A DNA stretch of 64,000 nt, from positions 1,860,001 to 1,924,000 of the forward strand of contig OZ251233.1 of NCBI GenBank assembly GCA_965240325.2, read 5' to 3'. Positions 36,601 to 49,600 of this stretch are shown here, one piece after another. The position numbers and the translations under genes were made by a program. The number at the start of each line of letters is the position of its first letter. The first letter of the stretch is position 1. Below the pieces are notes generated by a model. It was given only the letters and a program-made list of their open reading frames with translations, made no database searches and was not told the origin of the DNA. Source of the DNA: Rebecca billardiae RCC1528 (Eukaryota; Protista; Haptophyta).

Positions 36601-37355
36601 TGTCGCTACGACACTTCTTCTGTCCCGTGCTGCGAGCCGAGCCGCCAGCAGGTTCCGGGGCGGGCCAATGCCGGTCAGCTCATATTCATAAGGCCGGCGG
36701 CGCAGACCAGTCGTAGCCCGGCAGGTAGGCGATGCAGAAGTTATCAGCAGCATCATGCATCGTCATCACTACATCAGCATCCGCCTAGACGAGTACGTAA
36801 GAACTACGACTATCTTTAAATTATATATATATACACGCGTACTACGGCACCGAGCATATATCTCGAATCGTCATCGTCAATCTCCGACTAGCCGTTCAGA
36901 GCGGTACTCCGACTACGACGATGCATCAGCCAGCCCCGGGGCGGCGGCTGTCCGACACTCTGCCGTCAGAATGTGCGTATATAAGTGACTCTACTTACTC
37001 CACCTAGCGGTCTATCCGGATCGGTACCCTGGCGGCGGTGTTGTCGTCTGTCCGCCGTCACAGACTGACTCGCGTAGCTAGTCACTTATCAGTGATGTGA
37101 TGGTCTCGCCGTCCGCGTCCGGACTGTCGACGACAAGTTGTGCTGGGCCTGGCGGCTCACAGTGTAAGTTAGTAGTAGCTAACTCATCAATGTAAGAGCA
37201 GCAGTAGTGAGCAGCAGCAGTAGCAGCTCGACTGCTGGCGTCATCACCGTGCTACGTACACTCCGGCGCGACACGGTCACGGTCAGCTGGTCAGCAGTCT
37301 ATACTCTTACGCCGGGACCGTAGCAGTACTGTAGTAGAGTACGTATACCAATAAC

Positions 37356-37356
<1 letters not shown>

Positions 37357-37410
<54 letters not shown>
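37357..37410. repeat. (TA)27 microsatellite in the foldback spacer
   Basis: Direct reading. Confidence 0.95.
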
Positions 37411-37413
<3 letters not shown>

Positions 37414-37429
37414 TTAACGACGACCGGTC

Positions 37430-40330
37430 GGCGCGCGTGCCAAGCAGCACCCAGCACCGCCCGACCACCGCCGCCAGCCTGGCCGTGGCACCTCCCTGCT
37501 GCTACCACCGCATGCGGCGCGAAGCCTCCGGAGCGCAGCTGCTGCCAGGCCTGCCAGCTGCAGCCGTGCAGCGGCGCCGGGGCGCGGGCGCAGCGGCATC
37601 GGATGGCAGAGGCTCGAGCGCGCTACGGAACGAGGCGAGCGGCTACACCGCGCTCGGTGCGTCCAGCGCCCACGCCTCTCGGGTGGGCACTGCCAAGCTT
37701 TCAGCTGTTGCGGCCGCCCGCCGTGGCACCATCCCTGCTGCTGCTGCCGCACGCGGCGCGGAGTCGAGCGCTGCTGCTGCTGCCCTGGCCGGGCGCGGGC
37801 GCAGCAGCACCGGATGGCAGCGGCTCGAGCGCTATGGGCGAGGCGAGCAGCGGCACCGCGCTCGGTGCGTCCAGCGCCCACGCCCCTCGGGCGTGCACCG
37901 CCGAGCTGCCGGCTGCAGCAACCACCGCCGCCCGCCGTGGCACCATCCCTGCTGCTGCTGCCGCACGCGGTGCGGAGTCGAGCGCAGCCGCTGCTGCCCA
38001 AGCTGGGCGCGGGCGCAGCAGCGTCGGATGGCAGCGGCTCCAGCGCCATGGGCGAGGCGAGCAGCGGCACTGCGTTCTGTGCGCCCAGCGCCCAGGCTCC
38101 TCGGGCGTGCGCTGCCGAGCTTCCAGCTGCGTCGACCGCCGCCGCCCGCCGTGGCACCATCCCTGCTGCTGCCGCCGCACGCGGCGCGGAGTCAGGCGCG
38201 GCTGCTGCTGCCAAAGCTGGGCGCGGGTGCAGCAGCATCGGATGGCAGCGGCTCGAGCGCGCTGCGGGAGGCCAGCGGGGACACCGCGCTCGGTGCGTCC
38301 AACGACCAGGCCCCTCGGGCGCACACCGCCGAGCTTTCAGCTCCAGCGACCGCCGCCGCCCGCCGTGGCACCATCCCTGCTGCTGCTGCCGCACGCGGCG
38401 CGGAGTCGAGCGCAGCCGCTGCTGCCCAAGCTGGGCGCGGGCGCAGCAGCGTCGGATGGCAGCGGCTCGAGCGCCATGGGCGAGGCGAGCAGCGGCACCG
38501 CGTTCGGTGCGCCCACCGCCCAGGCCCCTCGGGCGCACACAGCCGAGCTTTCAGCTCCAGCGACCGCCGCCGCCCGCCGTGGCACCATCCCTGCTGCTGC
38601 TGCCGCACGCGGCGCGGAGTCGAGCGCAGCCGCTGCTGCCCAAGCTTGGCGCGTGCGCAGCAGCGTCGGATGGCAGCGGCTCGAGCGCCATGGGCGAGGC
38701 GAGCAGCGGCACCGCGTTCGGTGCGCCCACCGCCCAGGCCCCTCGGGCGCACACAGCCGAGCTTTCAGCTCCAGCGACCGCCGCCGCCCGCCGTGGCACC
38801 ATCCCTGCTGCTGCTGCCGCACGCGGCGCGGAGTCGAGCGCAGCCGCTGCTGCCCAAGCTTGGCGCGTGCGCAGCAGCGTCGGATGGCAGCGGCTCGAGC
38901 GCCATGGGCGAGGCGAGCAGCGGCACCGCGCTCGGTGCGCCCACCGCCCAGGCCCCTCGGGCGCACACAGCCGAGCTTTCAGCTCCAGCGACCGCCGCCG
39001 CCCGCCGTGGCACCATCCCTGCTGCTGCTGCCGCACGCGGCGCGGAGTCGAGCGCAGCCGCTGCTGCCCAAGCTTGGCGCGTGCGCAGCAGCGTCGGATG
39101 GCAGCGGCTCGAGCGCCATGGGCGAGGCGAGCAGCGGCACCGCGCTCGGTGCGCCCACCGCCCAGGCCCCTCGGGCGCACACAGCCGAGCTTTCAGCTCC
39201 AGCGACCGCCGCCGCCCACAGTGGCACCATCCCTGCTGCTGCTGCCGCACGCGGCGCGGAGTCGAGCGCCGCTGCTGCTGCTGCCCCAGCTGGGCGTGGG
39301 CGCACCAGCACCGGATGGCAGCGGCTCGAGCGCCATGGGCGAGGCGAGCAGCGGCACCGCGCTCGGTGCGTCCAGCGCCCACGCCCCTCGGGCGCACACT
39401 GCCGAGCTTTCAGCTCCAGCGACCCACGCCGCCCGCCGTGGCACCATCCCTGCTGCTGCCGCCGCACTCGGCGCGGAGTCGAGCGCAGCCGCTGCTGCCC
39501 AAGCTTGGCGCGGGCGCAGCAGCGTCGGATGGCAGCGGCTCGAGCGCCATGGGCGAGGCGAGCAGCGGCGCCGCGTTCGGTGCGCCCACCGCCCAGGCCC
39601 CTCGGGCGCACACAGCCGAGCTTTCAGCTCCAGCGACCGCCGCCGCCCACCGTGGCACCATCCCTGCTGCTGCTGCCGCACGCGGCGCGGAGTCTAGCGC
39701 AGCCGCTGCTGCCCAAGCTTGGCGCGGGCGCAGCAGCGTCGGATGGCAGCGGCTCCAGCGCGCTGCGGGAGGCGAGCAGTGACACCGCGCTCGGTGCATC
39801 CAATGCCCGGGCCCCTCGGGCGCGCACCGCCGAGCTGACAGCTGCGCCGACCCACGCCGCCCGCCGTGGCACCATCCCTGCTGCTGCAGCCAATGCGGCG
39901 CGGAGTCAAGTGCAGCTGCAGCTGGGCCCCAGCTGGGCGCGGGCACAGCAGCACCAGATGGCAGCGGCTCCAGCGCGCTGGGCAGTGCCGTGGTCGTGTG
40001 GAGTAACGTCACCGCGCTCGGCGCGTCCATCGACGAGGCCCCTCGAGCGAGCGACACCGAGCTGTCATCTGCGGCGAAAGCCGTCATCCGCCGCGGGACC
40101 ATTCCAGCAGCTGCTGCCGCATGCAGTGCAGACTCGAGCGTGGCTGCCGCTGGTGTTGGCGGCCCGGATGGGCGCGGGTGCAGCATCATCAGGTGCCAGC
40201 GACCCCATCGCGGCGGGCGCGATGGGCCAGGTCGCTGCGTTTGGCGCGCCATTGCCCAGGCCGTTCAAGCGAGCAACACCGAGCTGTTAGTTGGAGCAAC
40301 TGCTGCCGCCCGTCATGATACTGTACGTAC
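37430..40330 (-). repeat. 214-bp tandem satellite, right arm, inverted relative to the left arm
   Basis: Reverse complement of the left unit; homogeneous core ~38280-39780 with degenerate edges. Confidence 0.95.
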
Positions 40331-42022
40331 TGCTGCTGCAGCATCAACAGCGCCGCTGTTACCAGCAGCGCTGCGCTCGTGTATCCGAAGCAGCACGGCA
40401 TTGATGGTCCTGCGGTCTGAGTAGGGGAGTATGCCAGTAGCTCGCATGCACCTGGAGTGCAGTCCATGCCTGTACTGCCTCGCCGAGTACTACTAGAGTA
40501 GTAGGACCTCATGTGCTCACGCAGCTGTGCCGCTGCCGTCTCCTTGCTGTGACGCGCAGAGCAAGTCGAGGAGTGTCTGGCGACCACCGGTGCCAGTGCT
40601 GCGCCGACAGGTAGATGCCCACCACCCGGCCGCGCCCGTAGCATGGGCGATGGTGAGATGAGTGGCAGCACAGCGCACAGCTACGAGCAAGGTTGATGTG
40701 CGACGGTGTGGAGGCACGCGTGCTCGCGGCATGCTCCGAGCCCCGTGCTGCGTGCCCCCTGCTGCTTCTCGCCCTTGGTCGTCTCCTCGTCGATGCCCTC
40801 CTCCCCCGTACGCGTGAGCTCCGCGACGCCATCGGGCCAGCCTACCAACGAACAGTGGGCGTGGCGCCCTGCTGACGGCTGGCATCGCAAGCCATGCACG
40901 CCTGCACACGGCAACAGGGCCGTTTGCGCCCTGTTGCCGTGTGCACGGCCACAGCGGGCCGGTGCACACGGCAACAGCAGTGCGAAACCCCCTGAGGGTG
41001 ACCCCTTTTGCGCCCCAGTGTGCACACGACAACAGGGCGCAAACGCCCTGTTGCCGTGTGCAGTCGCCAGTGGCAAACGCCAAACCTGGCTGCATCAGGC
41101 GCATCAACAATAAATGCGGCCGCTGACTTAATGCTTGAGCTCGCTGTGACAGAGTCACGCGTCGTAGCATCTTGGAGCATAGTTTGCTCTGCCAGACCAT
41201 ACGGGTCGTTAGAGTCGCACTCATCGGTGCTAATGTCATCGTTCGATCGGTCAGACTCAGACACAGTGTCATGCGCGCGAGGCTGCAGACTGACTGCGGT
41301 CACGACCGCGCTGTCATTGGCGGCGGCCAGAAGGCCAGCACGCCGAGCAGCGTCGGCAGGCTCGAGGGCCTCGACGGTCAAAGCGGCATCGGCGGCAGCA
41401 GCGTCGAGCGCTGCATCTGCCCCGGAACGCTCGGTGACCTCGTTCGATGACTCGGAGGCCGCAAGGCACTCCTTGAGCTGCGGGCTCTCAGCCGCGCGCT
41501 CTTGAACCGCGCTCGCGGGCGCAGAGTCCCGGGCGGTAGTTGTTGAGATCCCCTGCGCAACGACGTGCGTGCGGATGGAGTGGCGCGATGGCGGGGGATG
41601 CGAGCGGCAACGCTCCTCCTCACCGCGCTGTGCGCGAACCTCCTCCTCAAGGTGATCCTTGATGTCGGCTCGAGGCCTTGCGTGCGATGCAGCATTGCGC
41701 GCATACGACACGATGCTGCCTGAGTTCAGGTCAGCGATGTTGCCAGGCCCGGAGGCGCTGGAGATGGGCTTGCGGAGAAGCGTGAGCTTCTCGCCTTGCC
41801 GGTTCTTCTCAGCCTGCATGCCCCTCAGGGCAGCGGCGAGGTAGTCTGGCGTGCGCTTGCGCGCAACCGCCGATGAGCCGCGCGGCATTGCCGCGCGCTC
41901 GGCCACGCCTGGCTTCAACCCAATGAGGGGAGCAACTGGGGCGGGCTGATGGCCGTTCACGTCCTTGCCGCTGTTCTCATCGTCTCCATCCTTGCCCAAG
42001 TTCTCCCAGCACCGTGCTAGCA

Positions 42023-42332
42023 TGTCAGGGAACGCGTCTCGAGGCTTGACGGTCGCGAGGTCGTGGACGAGCTTCGGCTCTTGTTTGCGGTGGTGAGCTC
42101 AGCGTGTTCGTGGTGCTCGGCTCATGTTTCCGCGTTCATTCAGAATCATCTGGAATACTTCGAGATGCCGCCGCCAGCCATGCTGTCCTGCTGTATTTTA
42201 GGATGAGGTTCAGGTTGATTTTGGAGGATTTTGTGCGAGCGCCGCCGCAGCGGTCGCGCCGCCACTGTGTGACTGCGAGTAAAATGTTGGATTGGAAATT
42301 GGAAATCACTGTAGATTGGCGATTCCTTTGAC

Positions 42333-42333
<1 letters not shown>
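42023..42333 (-). repeat. Complete 5' LTR (311 bp)
   Basis: On the minus strand TGTCAAAGGAA...TTCCCTGACA; directly upstream of gag. Confidence 0.8.

Positions 42334-42394
<61 letters not shown>
42334..42394. repeat. (TA)n microsatellite
   Basis: Direct reading. Confidence 0.95.
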
Positions 42395-42397
<3 letters not shown>

Positions 42398-42633
42398 GCG
42401 TTATAGGGAACCTATAACTGAGTGTCTATGAGCGACGCCAAGAATCCGGCTCGCACGGCATTCCTGCGTTGTCCTGTGCGCACCGCCGCGCGCAGGCGGA
42501 GTCCTGGTGCGCTGCCAATCTGGCCCACAGCGGCGCACCTGCAGGACTCGGTTGGTTACCGCTCACCATCCAGCTCCAGAGTCCATTCGTACCCGACGCC
42601 TTGTACGAGCCGGGCATGGCGGAGTGGCTAGAC
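42395..42633. mobile_element. 239-bp TA-inserted hairpin element (GTGG...TAGAC family, divergent member)
   Basis: Starts GTGGC-GTTATAGG-GAA-CCTATAAC-TGAGT-GTCTA and ends GGCTAGAC; (TA)n on both sides. Confidence 0.7.
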
Positions 42634-42647
42634 ATATATATATATAT

Positions 42648-44530
<1,883 letters not shown>

Positions 44531-44705
44531 CTCCGACCTGCTGCGTCAGCCGTGGCAACGATCACGATTCTGATGATATGCGTTTCGTCGTTATTATCGT
44601 GGCGCGTCACGCTAGCGCAGCGCGCTTCTGCTGCTGCTCATAATAACGGCTCGTCGTAGTCTAACTCTAAGTCGCACTATACAATCCTCATCATTATCAA
44701 ACATG

Positions 44706-46265
44706 TCAATGCGCAGGTGGCGATGATGATGCGGACAATGCCTGCTCATCTGCTTGTCTTGATGGTGCTGTTGGCGTGCGATCACGTGAGATGGGCACGG
44801 CGGGGACAACGATGGTGGCCTCGTCCTCGTCCGCAAGCCGCTGGGCTCGTCGGACGGGCGGGATCGCGTGCGCGACGCTGGTCCCGAAGCGGTGGTGGTC
44901 GGCTGCTGTGCGAGTGCTGGCCACCCTCTTGTTGGACGCATCGACGTCGTCCGGCTCGTCGCCGGGCAGGCGGCTGCTGAGCAGCAGGCTCGCGAGGGTG
45001 ACCATGCACAGCGCGCTCAGGTACAGCCCCGGGCCGACGCCCGGGAGCGACGGCGTCAGCCGCACCAACGCTGTGCTCACGAACGGCGCCGTGCCGCCAA
45101 AGATGGCCGACGACACGTTGGTCGCGAGCGCGAGCGTCGTGAAGCGCGTGTGCACGTCGTCTGCGAGGACGAACATGAGGCCGGTGAGCGGCGCGGCGTA
45201 CAGCGTGAAGAGCGCGGCGGTGGCCGCATGCGCCGCGATGCACGCGTACACGCCGCCCACGGACAGCACGTACAGGCCAGTGGGGAAGGCCAGCGCCGAC
45301 AGCCAAACCCCCGCCGCCGCCAGCCGGCGCGCGCCCACGCGCCGATCGGCGGCCGCCCCGCTCAGCAGCATCGCGGGGATGTAGCACGCGTACACGCACA
45401 GCAAGACGGCGTAGCCGTTCGCCAAGGGCGCGTCGCGGAGCGCGGTGAGGAGCGCGGGGACCCACACGAAGAGCACGTACCCACCGGCCTGCCACGCGAC
45501 TGAGAGCCCGATCAGGAGCAGGACGCGCATGCGGTGCGAGCGCGAGCGTAGCACGGCCCACAGCGGCGACCGCGCGGCAGGGCCTGCTGGGTGCGCGCTC
45601 GCCGCTTCGAACGCGGGCGACTCGGAGAGGTGCCGCCGGAGCACGAGCGTGAGCGCGGGCAGCGCCAGCCCGACCATGAACGGCACCCGCCAGCCCCATG
45701 CGAGGAAGGCCGGCGCAGGGAGGGCCGCGCGGCACGCGGCGACCACGGCGGTGGCGAGCAGCCCGCCGAGGGAGCCAGACACCTGTATGAAGGCCCCGAG
45801 GAGGCCATGCGAGCCCGGGCACGACTCGAGCGCGTAGCTGATGGCGCCCACCAGCTCGCCGCCGACGGACGCGCCCTGCATGAGGCGGCAGAGGACAAGC
45901 AGCGCGGTCGCCCAGCCGCCCCACTGCGAGTAGGTGGGCAGGACGACGAGGAGGACGGCGGGCACGGCGGCGAGCGCGATGGAGGCGCGCAGCGCCGCGA
46001 GCCGTCCGGCGCGGTCGCCGATCCAGCTGAACGCGAGGCCGCCCAGCTGGCGCGCGAAGAACGCGCTGCCCCACACGGAGAAGGCGCGCAGCAGCTCGGC
46101 GCGCGAGTCCGCGGGCGGGAAGAAGCTCGCGCCGATCTCGTGCGCGAGCAGCCCGAAGAGGGAGAAGTCGTACCACTCGAAGATCTGCCCGGCCGAACCC
46201 GCGAGCGCGACGAGGCCCTGGCGGAACGGATCGCCAAGCTCGCGCTCCTCGGCGGCGGCCTCCAT
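44706..46265 (-). CDS. MFS transporter, metabolite:H+ symporter (ProP/proline-betaine-like) family
   Basis: GQIFEWYDFSLFG, IGDRAGR, RLMQGASVGGE, WGWRVPF, LSESPAF, FGGTAPF; intronless. Confidence 0.9.
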   Translation of the reverse strand: MEAAAEERELGDPFRQGLVALAGSAGQIFEWYDFSLFGLLAHEIGASFFPPADSRAELLRAFSVWGSAFFARQLGGLAFSWIGDRAGRLAALRASIALAAVPAVLLVVLPTYSQWGGWATALLVLCRLMQGASVGGELVGAISYALESCPGSHGLLGAFIQVSGSLGGLLATAVVAACRAALPAPAFLAWGWRVPFMVGLALPALTLVLRRHLSESPAFEAASAHPAGPAARSPLWAVLRSRSHRMRVLLLIGLSVAWQAGGYVLFVWVPALLTALRDAPLANGYAVLLCVYACYIPAMLLSGAAADRRVGARRLAAAGVWLSALAFPTGLYVLSVGGVYACIAAHAATAALFTLYAAPLTGLMFVLADDVHTRFTTLALATNVSSAIFGGTAPFVSTALVRLTPSLPGVGPGLYLSALCMVTLASLLLSSRLPGDEPDDVDASNKRVASTRTAADHHRFGTSVAHAIPPVRRAQRLADEDEATIVVPAVPISRDRTPTAPSRQADEQALSASSSPPAH

Positions 46266-46698
46266 GCGGATGTGGTGTACTGCACACACGGCAGTCCTTC
46301 GGAACTCGGAATCGAGGTCGGGAAAGAGGAGGGAATTGCATGACGAGAATTTCCAAAATAATGGTCGAATCGAGCTGGAGAGAGCACATGCACTGATATC
46401 TGGCAGTGACGGCCTGACGCGTCTGTCACTCGTCACTGTTCACCTGGCGGTGGCTGATGATGACTTGATGACGAGTCAGAAAGCTCGACACCACCAAGCT
46501 GTCACCGTACGGCCCTTAGGCACCGGTCACAAAGCTCATTACTACATATATACGGACACTTCAGAAGCACGTACACTCGTCACATGCAGTAGTAGCAGCA
46601 GAATATAATATGCTGATGATCACTGATGACGATGATGTCATGATGATCATCATACACATGAGCAAGGCTCTTGGGCAGCCGCAGGTCGTCCTGGCGGC

Positions 46699-49600
46699 TC
46701 ATGCCTCGACAAACCACGCCACGTGCTCCCAGAACGAGTCGACCCAGTCCTGCAGCCACTCAAAGTAGCCAAAGAGCGGCGCGCAGCACGGCAGGTGCGC
46801 GACGATGCGGATGAGGTACGGCACCGCCGTCGAGATGGACATGAGGCTCGGCTCATTCACGGCAAAGGTCTGCGTCATCGCGACGGCCCAGCTGATGATC
46901 ATGTCGTGCGCGTTGTCCGCGCCGATCACCTTGCCGTACGTGATGATCACGGAGCAGCAGAGCACATAGCAGAACCCCATGGACAGCCACGACAGCAGGC
47001 CAAACTGGCGCCGGCTGAGCACGCACCGCCGAGGCGCGTCTGCGTCGTCGTCAAAGCGCGCGTACCGCCGCCCGCGAATCATCGAGGCGAACGGCGCGCC
47101 GTCGCCGCGCGAGGGCTGCGCTTGCGGCTTGGTGCGCCGGCCGAGCGTCTGCGTGCGGTTGGGCAGGCCCGAGCGGCGCTTGGTGCGCGCGCTCGATGAG
47201 CGCACCTCCGCGTTCGCGCCCTCCCGCTCGATGGTGAGCTGCCGCTGCGCCGCGTCCGCGGCGCGCGCCGCGTCATCAGCCTGCTTGCGCGCGGCGCGCA
47301 CCGCGCGGCCGTCCGCGCGCGCGAGCTCGAGCCGGCTGGCCTGCGTCTCGAGCAAGCGTGCCTTGGAGGCGAGCGCGCGCGCCTGGTCGCGCAGCCTCGC
47401 CTCGCGCGAGCGTGCAGACGCCGGGCTGCCGAGCGCGATCCGGTCGATCCGCTCGCTGCTGTTGTCCGAGCTGCCGGCTTCGGAGGGCGTGCGCTCGCCC
47501 GGCTTTGCGGCGAGCTCCGCGCCGCCCGCCGGCGGCCGCGGCGGCCCGCTCTTGCCCGGGCGGCCGCCCGGCGGGGCCGAGCCCTTGCGGCCGCCGCTCG
47601 CGGCCCAGATCGGGATGACGGGCGCGGGCTTAGCCGGCTCGGCGGCGCTGGCGGCGCCGGGTGAGGGCGGCGGCATGCCGTGCGCCGCCGAGTGCAGGGC
47701 GGAGGGGCGCGCGCCGCTGGCTGATGGCGACGGCGCCGCCGCGTCTGCGGGCAGTGCGGCGGGGCGCGCACCCTTGCCCGGCGGCGAGGGCGTCGCCGCC
47801 ACGGCCCGCAGCGCGGACGGGCGCGCCGCCTTGGCGGGCGGCGCCTTTGCCTTGTGCCGCTCGAGGGCGGAGCGCTTGCGCAGCGCCAGCTGGCGCCGCT
47901 GCGCTCCTTGGATGGCGACCGCCGCAGCCTCCATCTCCGCGCGCGACGGCATGTCTACAAAGTAGCGGAAGGGCCAGAGCTCGTTGAGGTACCAGAGCTG
48001 CTTGAAGACGATCAGCCCGGGCAGGCACACGCACGACGTGATGATCGACTCGATGATGTACGTGACGAGCGGCGTCTTGGCCGGCGGCGGCGGCGGCACC
48101 GTCGGGTCGGGCGGCTCGCTGGGCGAGTAGAGCATGCACTCGACGACGAGCTCGAGCGCGATCACATTGAAGAAGATCTGCACGAGCTGCGCGCGCGCGT
48201 AGGTCTTCTCGGTCGAGAAGAGCACGGCGAGCAGCGTGTGCTCGTCGCGGAACTTGTCGCCCAGCTCGGCGGCGAACTCGGAGAAGATCGCCGGGCTGCG
48301 CTCCTCGACCGCCTCGCGCGCGACCGCCCAGCCCTTGGGCGCGGCGGCGGCGCCGCTCGAACCGGGCACGGCGACGGCGACGTGCGCGACCGGCCTGTCG
48401 GAGAGCGCCGCCTCCTCCTGCCGCTGCCGGACCTCGCGCGGCTGCTTCGTCTGCAGCGCGCCCACGATCGCCTTGGTCTGCGCCTTGGTCTTGGCGCGCT
48501 CCTGCCGCCAGTCGAAGAAGCAGCCCACCGTGAGCAGTAGCGCGTTCGCCGCAGACAGCCCAAACACCAAATTGTAAATGTCTTTGTACTGTGCGTAGTC
48601 GAAGTGGAGCAGCGCGTCGCCCACGTCGGAGAGGGAGAACGTGTTGATCGAGACGGCGGTGATCTGCTCGAGCAGCTCCTCGCCCGAGGTGGGCACCGCC
48701 ATGCCGCAGAAGTCTGTGAGGTGCGTGCACGCGCAGTGGAGCACAAGCGCACCCTCGTCGTCGTCGTCGCCGTCTGACGCGTGCTCGGCCGAGGTGCCGT
48801 TCGTGCCGTTGGCGCCGCCGCCCGCGCCGCCGGCACGCACGCCCGGCGCGCCGGCGCGCGCGCGGCCGTGCCGCCGGCGCGGCAGCGCGAGCGTGGTGCA
48901 CCCGTCCGAACACCACTCGCCGCGCTCCTCCGACCAGTACTGGCAGGTGGCGGGCGGAGGCAGCGCGCACTCGGGCAGCGCGCTCAGGTCGGGGCCGAGC
49001 CCGAAGAGCGGCCCGCGCGAGAGCCACGCGGCCGGCGCGTGCGGCGCGAACGCGGCGCGCCACGCCTCCCACGACCACTCCGTGCTCACGAGCCAGCTCT
49101 CGTTCCGCCACGTGGACGCGAGCGCGGCGCGCGGCGCGCGCGAGTGCAGCTCGGCGAGCGCGCCGCGCCGCGCCGCCGCCTCGATCGGCGCGACGCGCGC
49201 GCGCCGCTCCGTCTCGCACTTGAGGTAGGTCTCGCGCTCGGCGGCGAGCGGCGAGACCGCGTCCGCGTCGACGGCCATGGGCAGCTCGATGATGATCGGC
49301 TCGGCCAGCCCGTGCACCTTGAGCGGCGAGCCCGCGCCCGCGGCCGAGAGCGAGATCGAGACGAGACGCGTGCCGAGCAGCTGACCAGCCTCGAGCGCTG
49401 CGGGCTCCTGCTGAGCCGCGGAGGTGGCGGCGGCGTCGGCGGCGCGCGTGCCGTTGGGCGCGGTGCCGTTGCCGCACGCGCCGCGCCAGCGCTCGACGAG
49501 GCTGGGCGAAGTGGCGTTCGTCGCGTTGGCGAGCGCCGCGCACGCCTCGCGCCGCGCGGCGAGCCGCGCCGGGTCGGCATGCACATTTCGGCCGAAGCTG

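Larger units (their letters stand above)
33751..41092. mobile_element. 7.3-kb foldback-type DNA transposon, non-coding, with long TIRs and 7-bp TSD CATCAGG
   Basis: Ends CAGTAAGGTCTGGCG... and ...CGCCAAACCTGGCTG. Near-identical inverted arms at 33751-34333 and 40515-41092. TSD at 33744-33750 and 41093-41099 (can also be read as 8-bp CATCAGGC). Confidence 0.9.
32104..42023 (-). pseudogene. gag: Copia-like gag ORF split in two (42023-41093 + 33743-32104; 856 aa when rejoined)
   Basis: CTHCGLKNHTAQQCWKLHPELRP is a Copia-type zinc knuckle. Removing the insert and one TSD gives in-frame ...FIVDAPD-DPNKYVYPK.... No protease, integrase or RT motifs follow. Confidence 0.8.
31861..42333 (-). mobile_element. 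Non-autonomous Ty1/Copia-like LTR retrotransposon (pol and part of the 3' LTR deleted), interrupted by a foldback element
   Basis: Full 311-bp LTR at 42023-42333 with TG..CA ends and terminal IR TGTCAGGGAA/TTCCTTTGACA. An identical 104-bp LTR remnant lies at 31861-31964. The gag carries a CCHC knuckle. Flanks TATAT/TATAC are a near 5-bp TSD in a TA tract. Confidence 0.8.

Noticed and set aside
37437-40290. Three long overlapping ORFs in the 214-bp satellite
   Set aside because: The unit length is not a multiple of 3 and this strand lacks stops, so all frames cycle through the same peptide; no domain is present.
34600-40330. CRISPR-like array
   Set aside because: Whole units repeat with no unique spacers, there are no cas genes, and the context is eukaryotic.
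31861-42126. 104-bp direct repeats as complete LTRs, or 33.7-41.1 kb as a chromosomal inversion
   Set aside because: The right copy extends to a 311-bp TG..CA LTR; the TSD and frame restoration show an insertion rather than an inversion.
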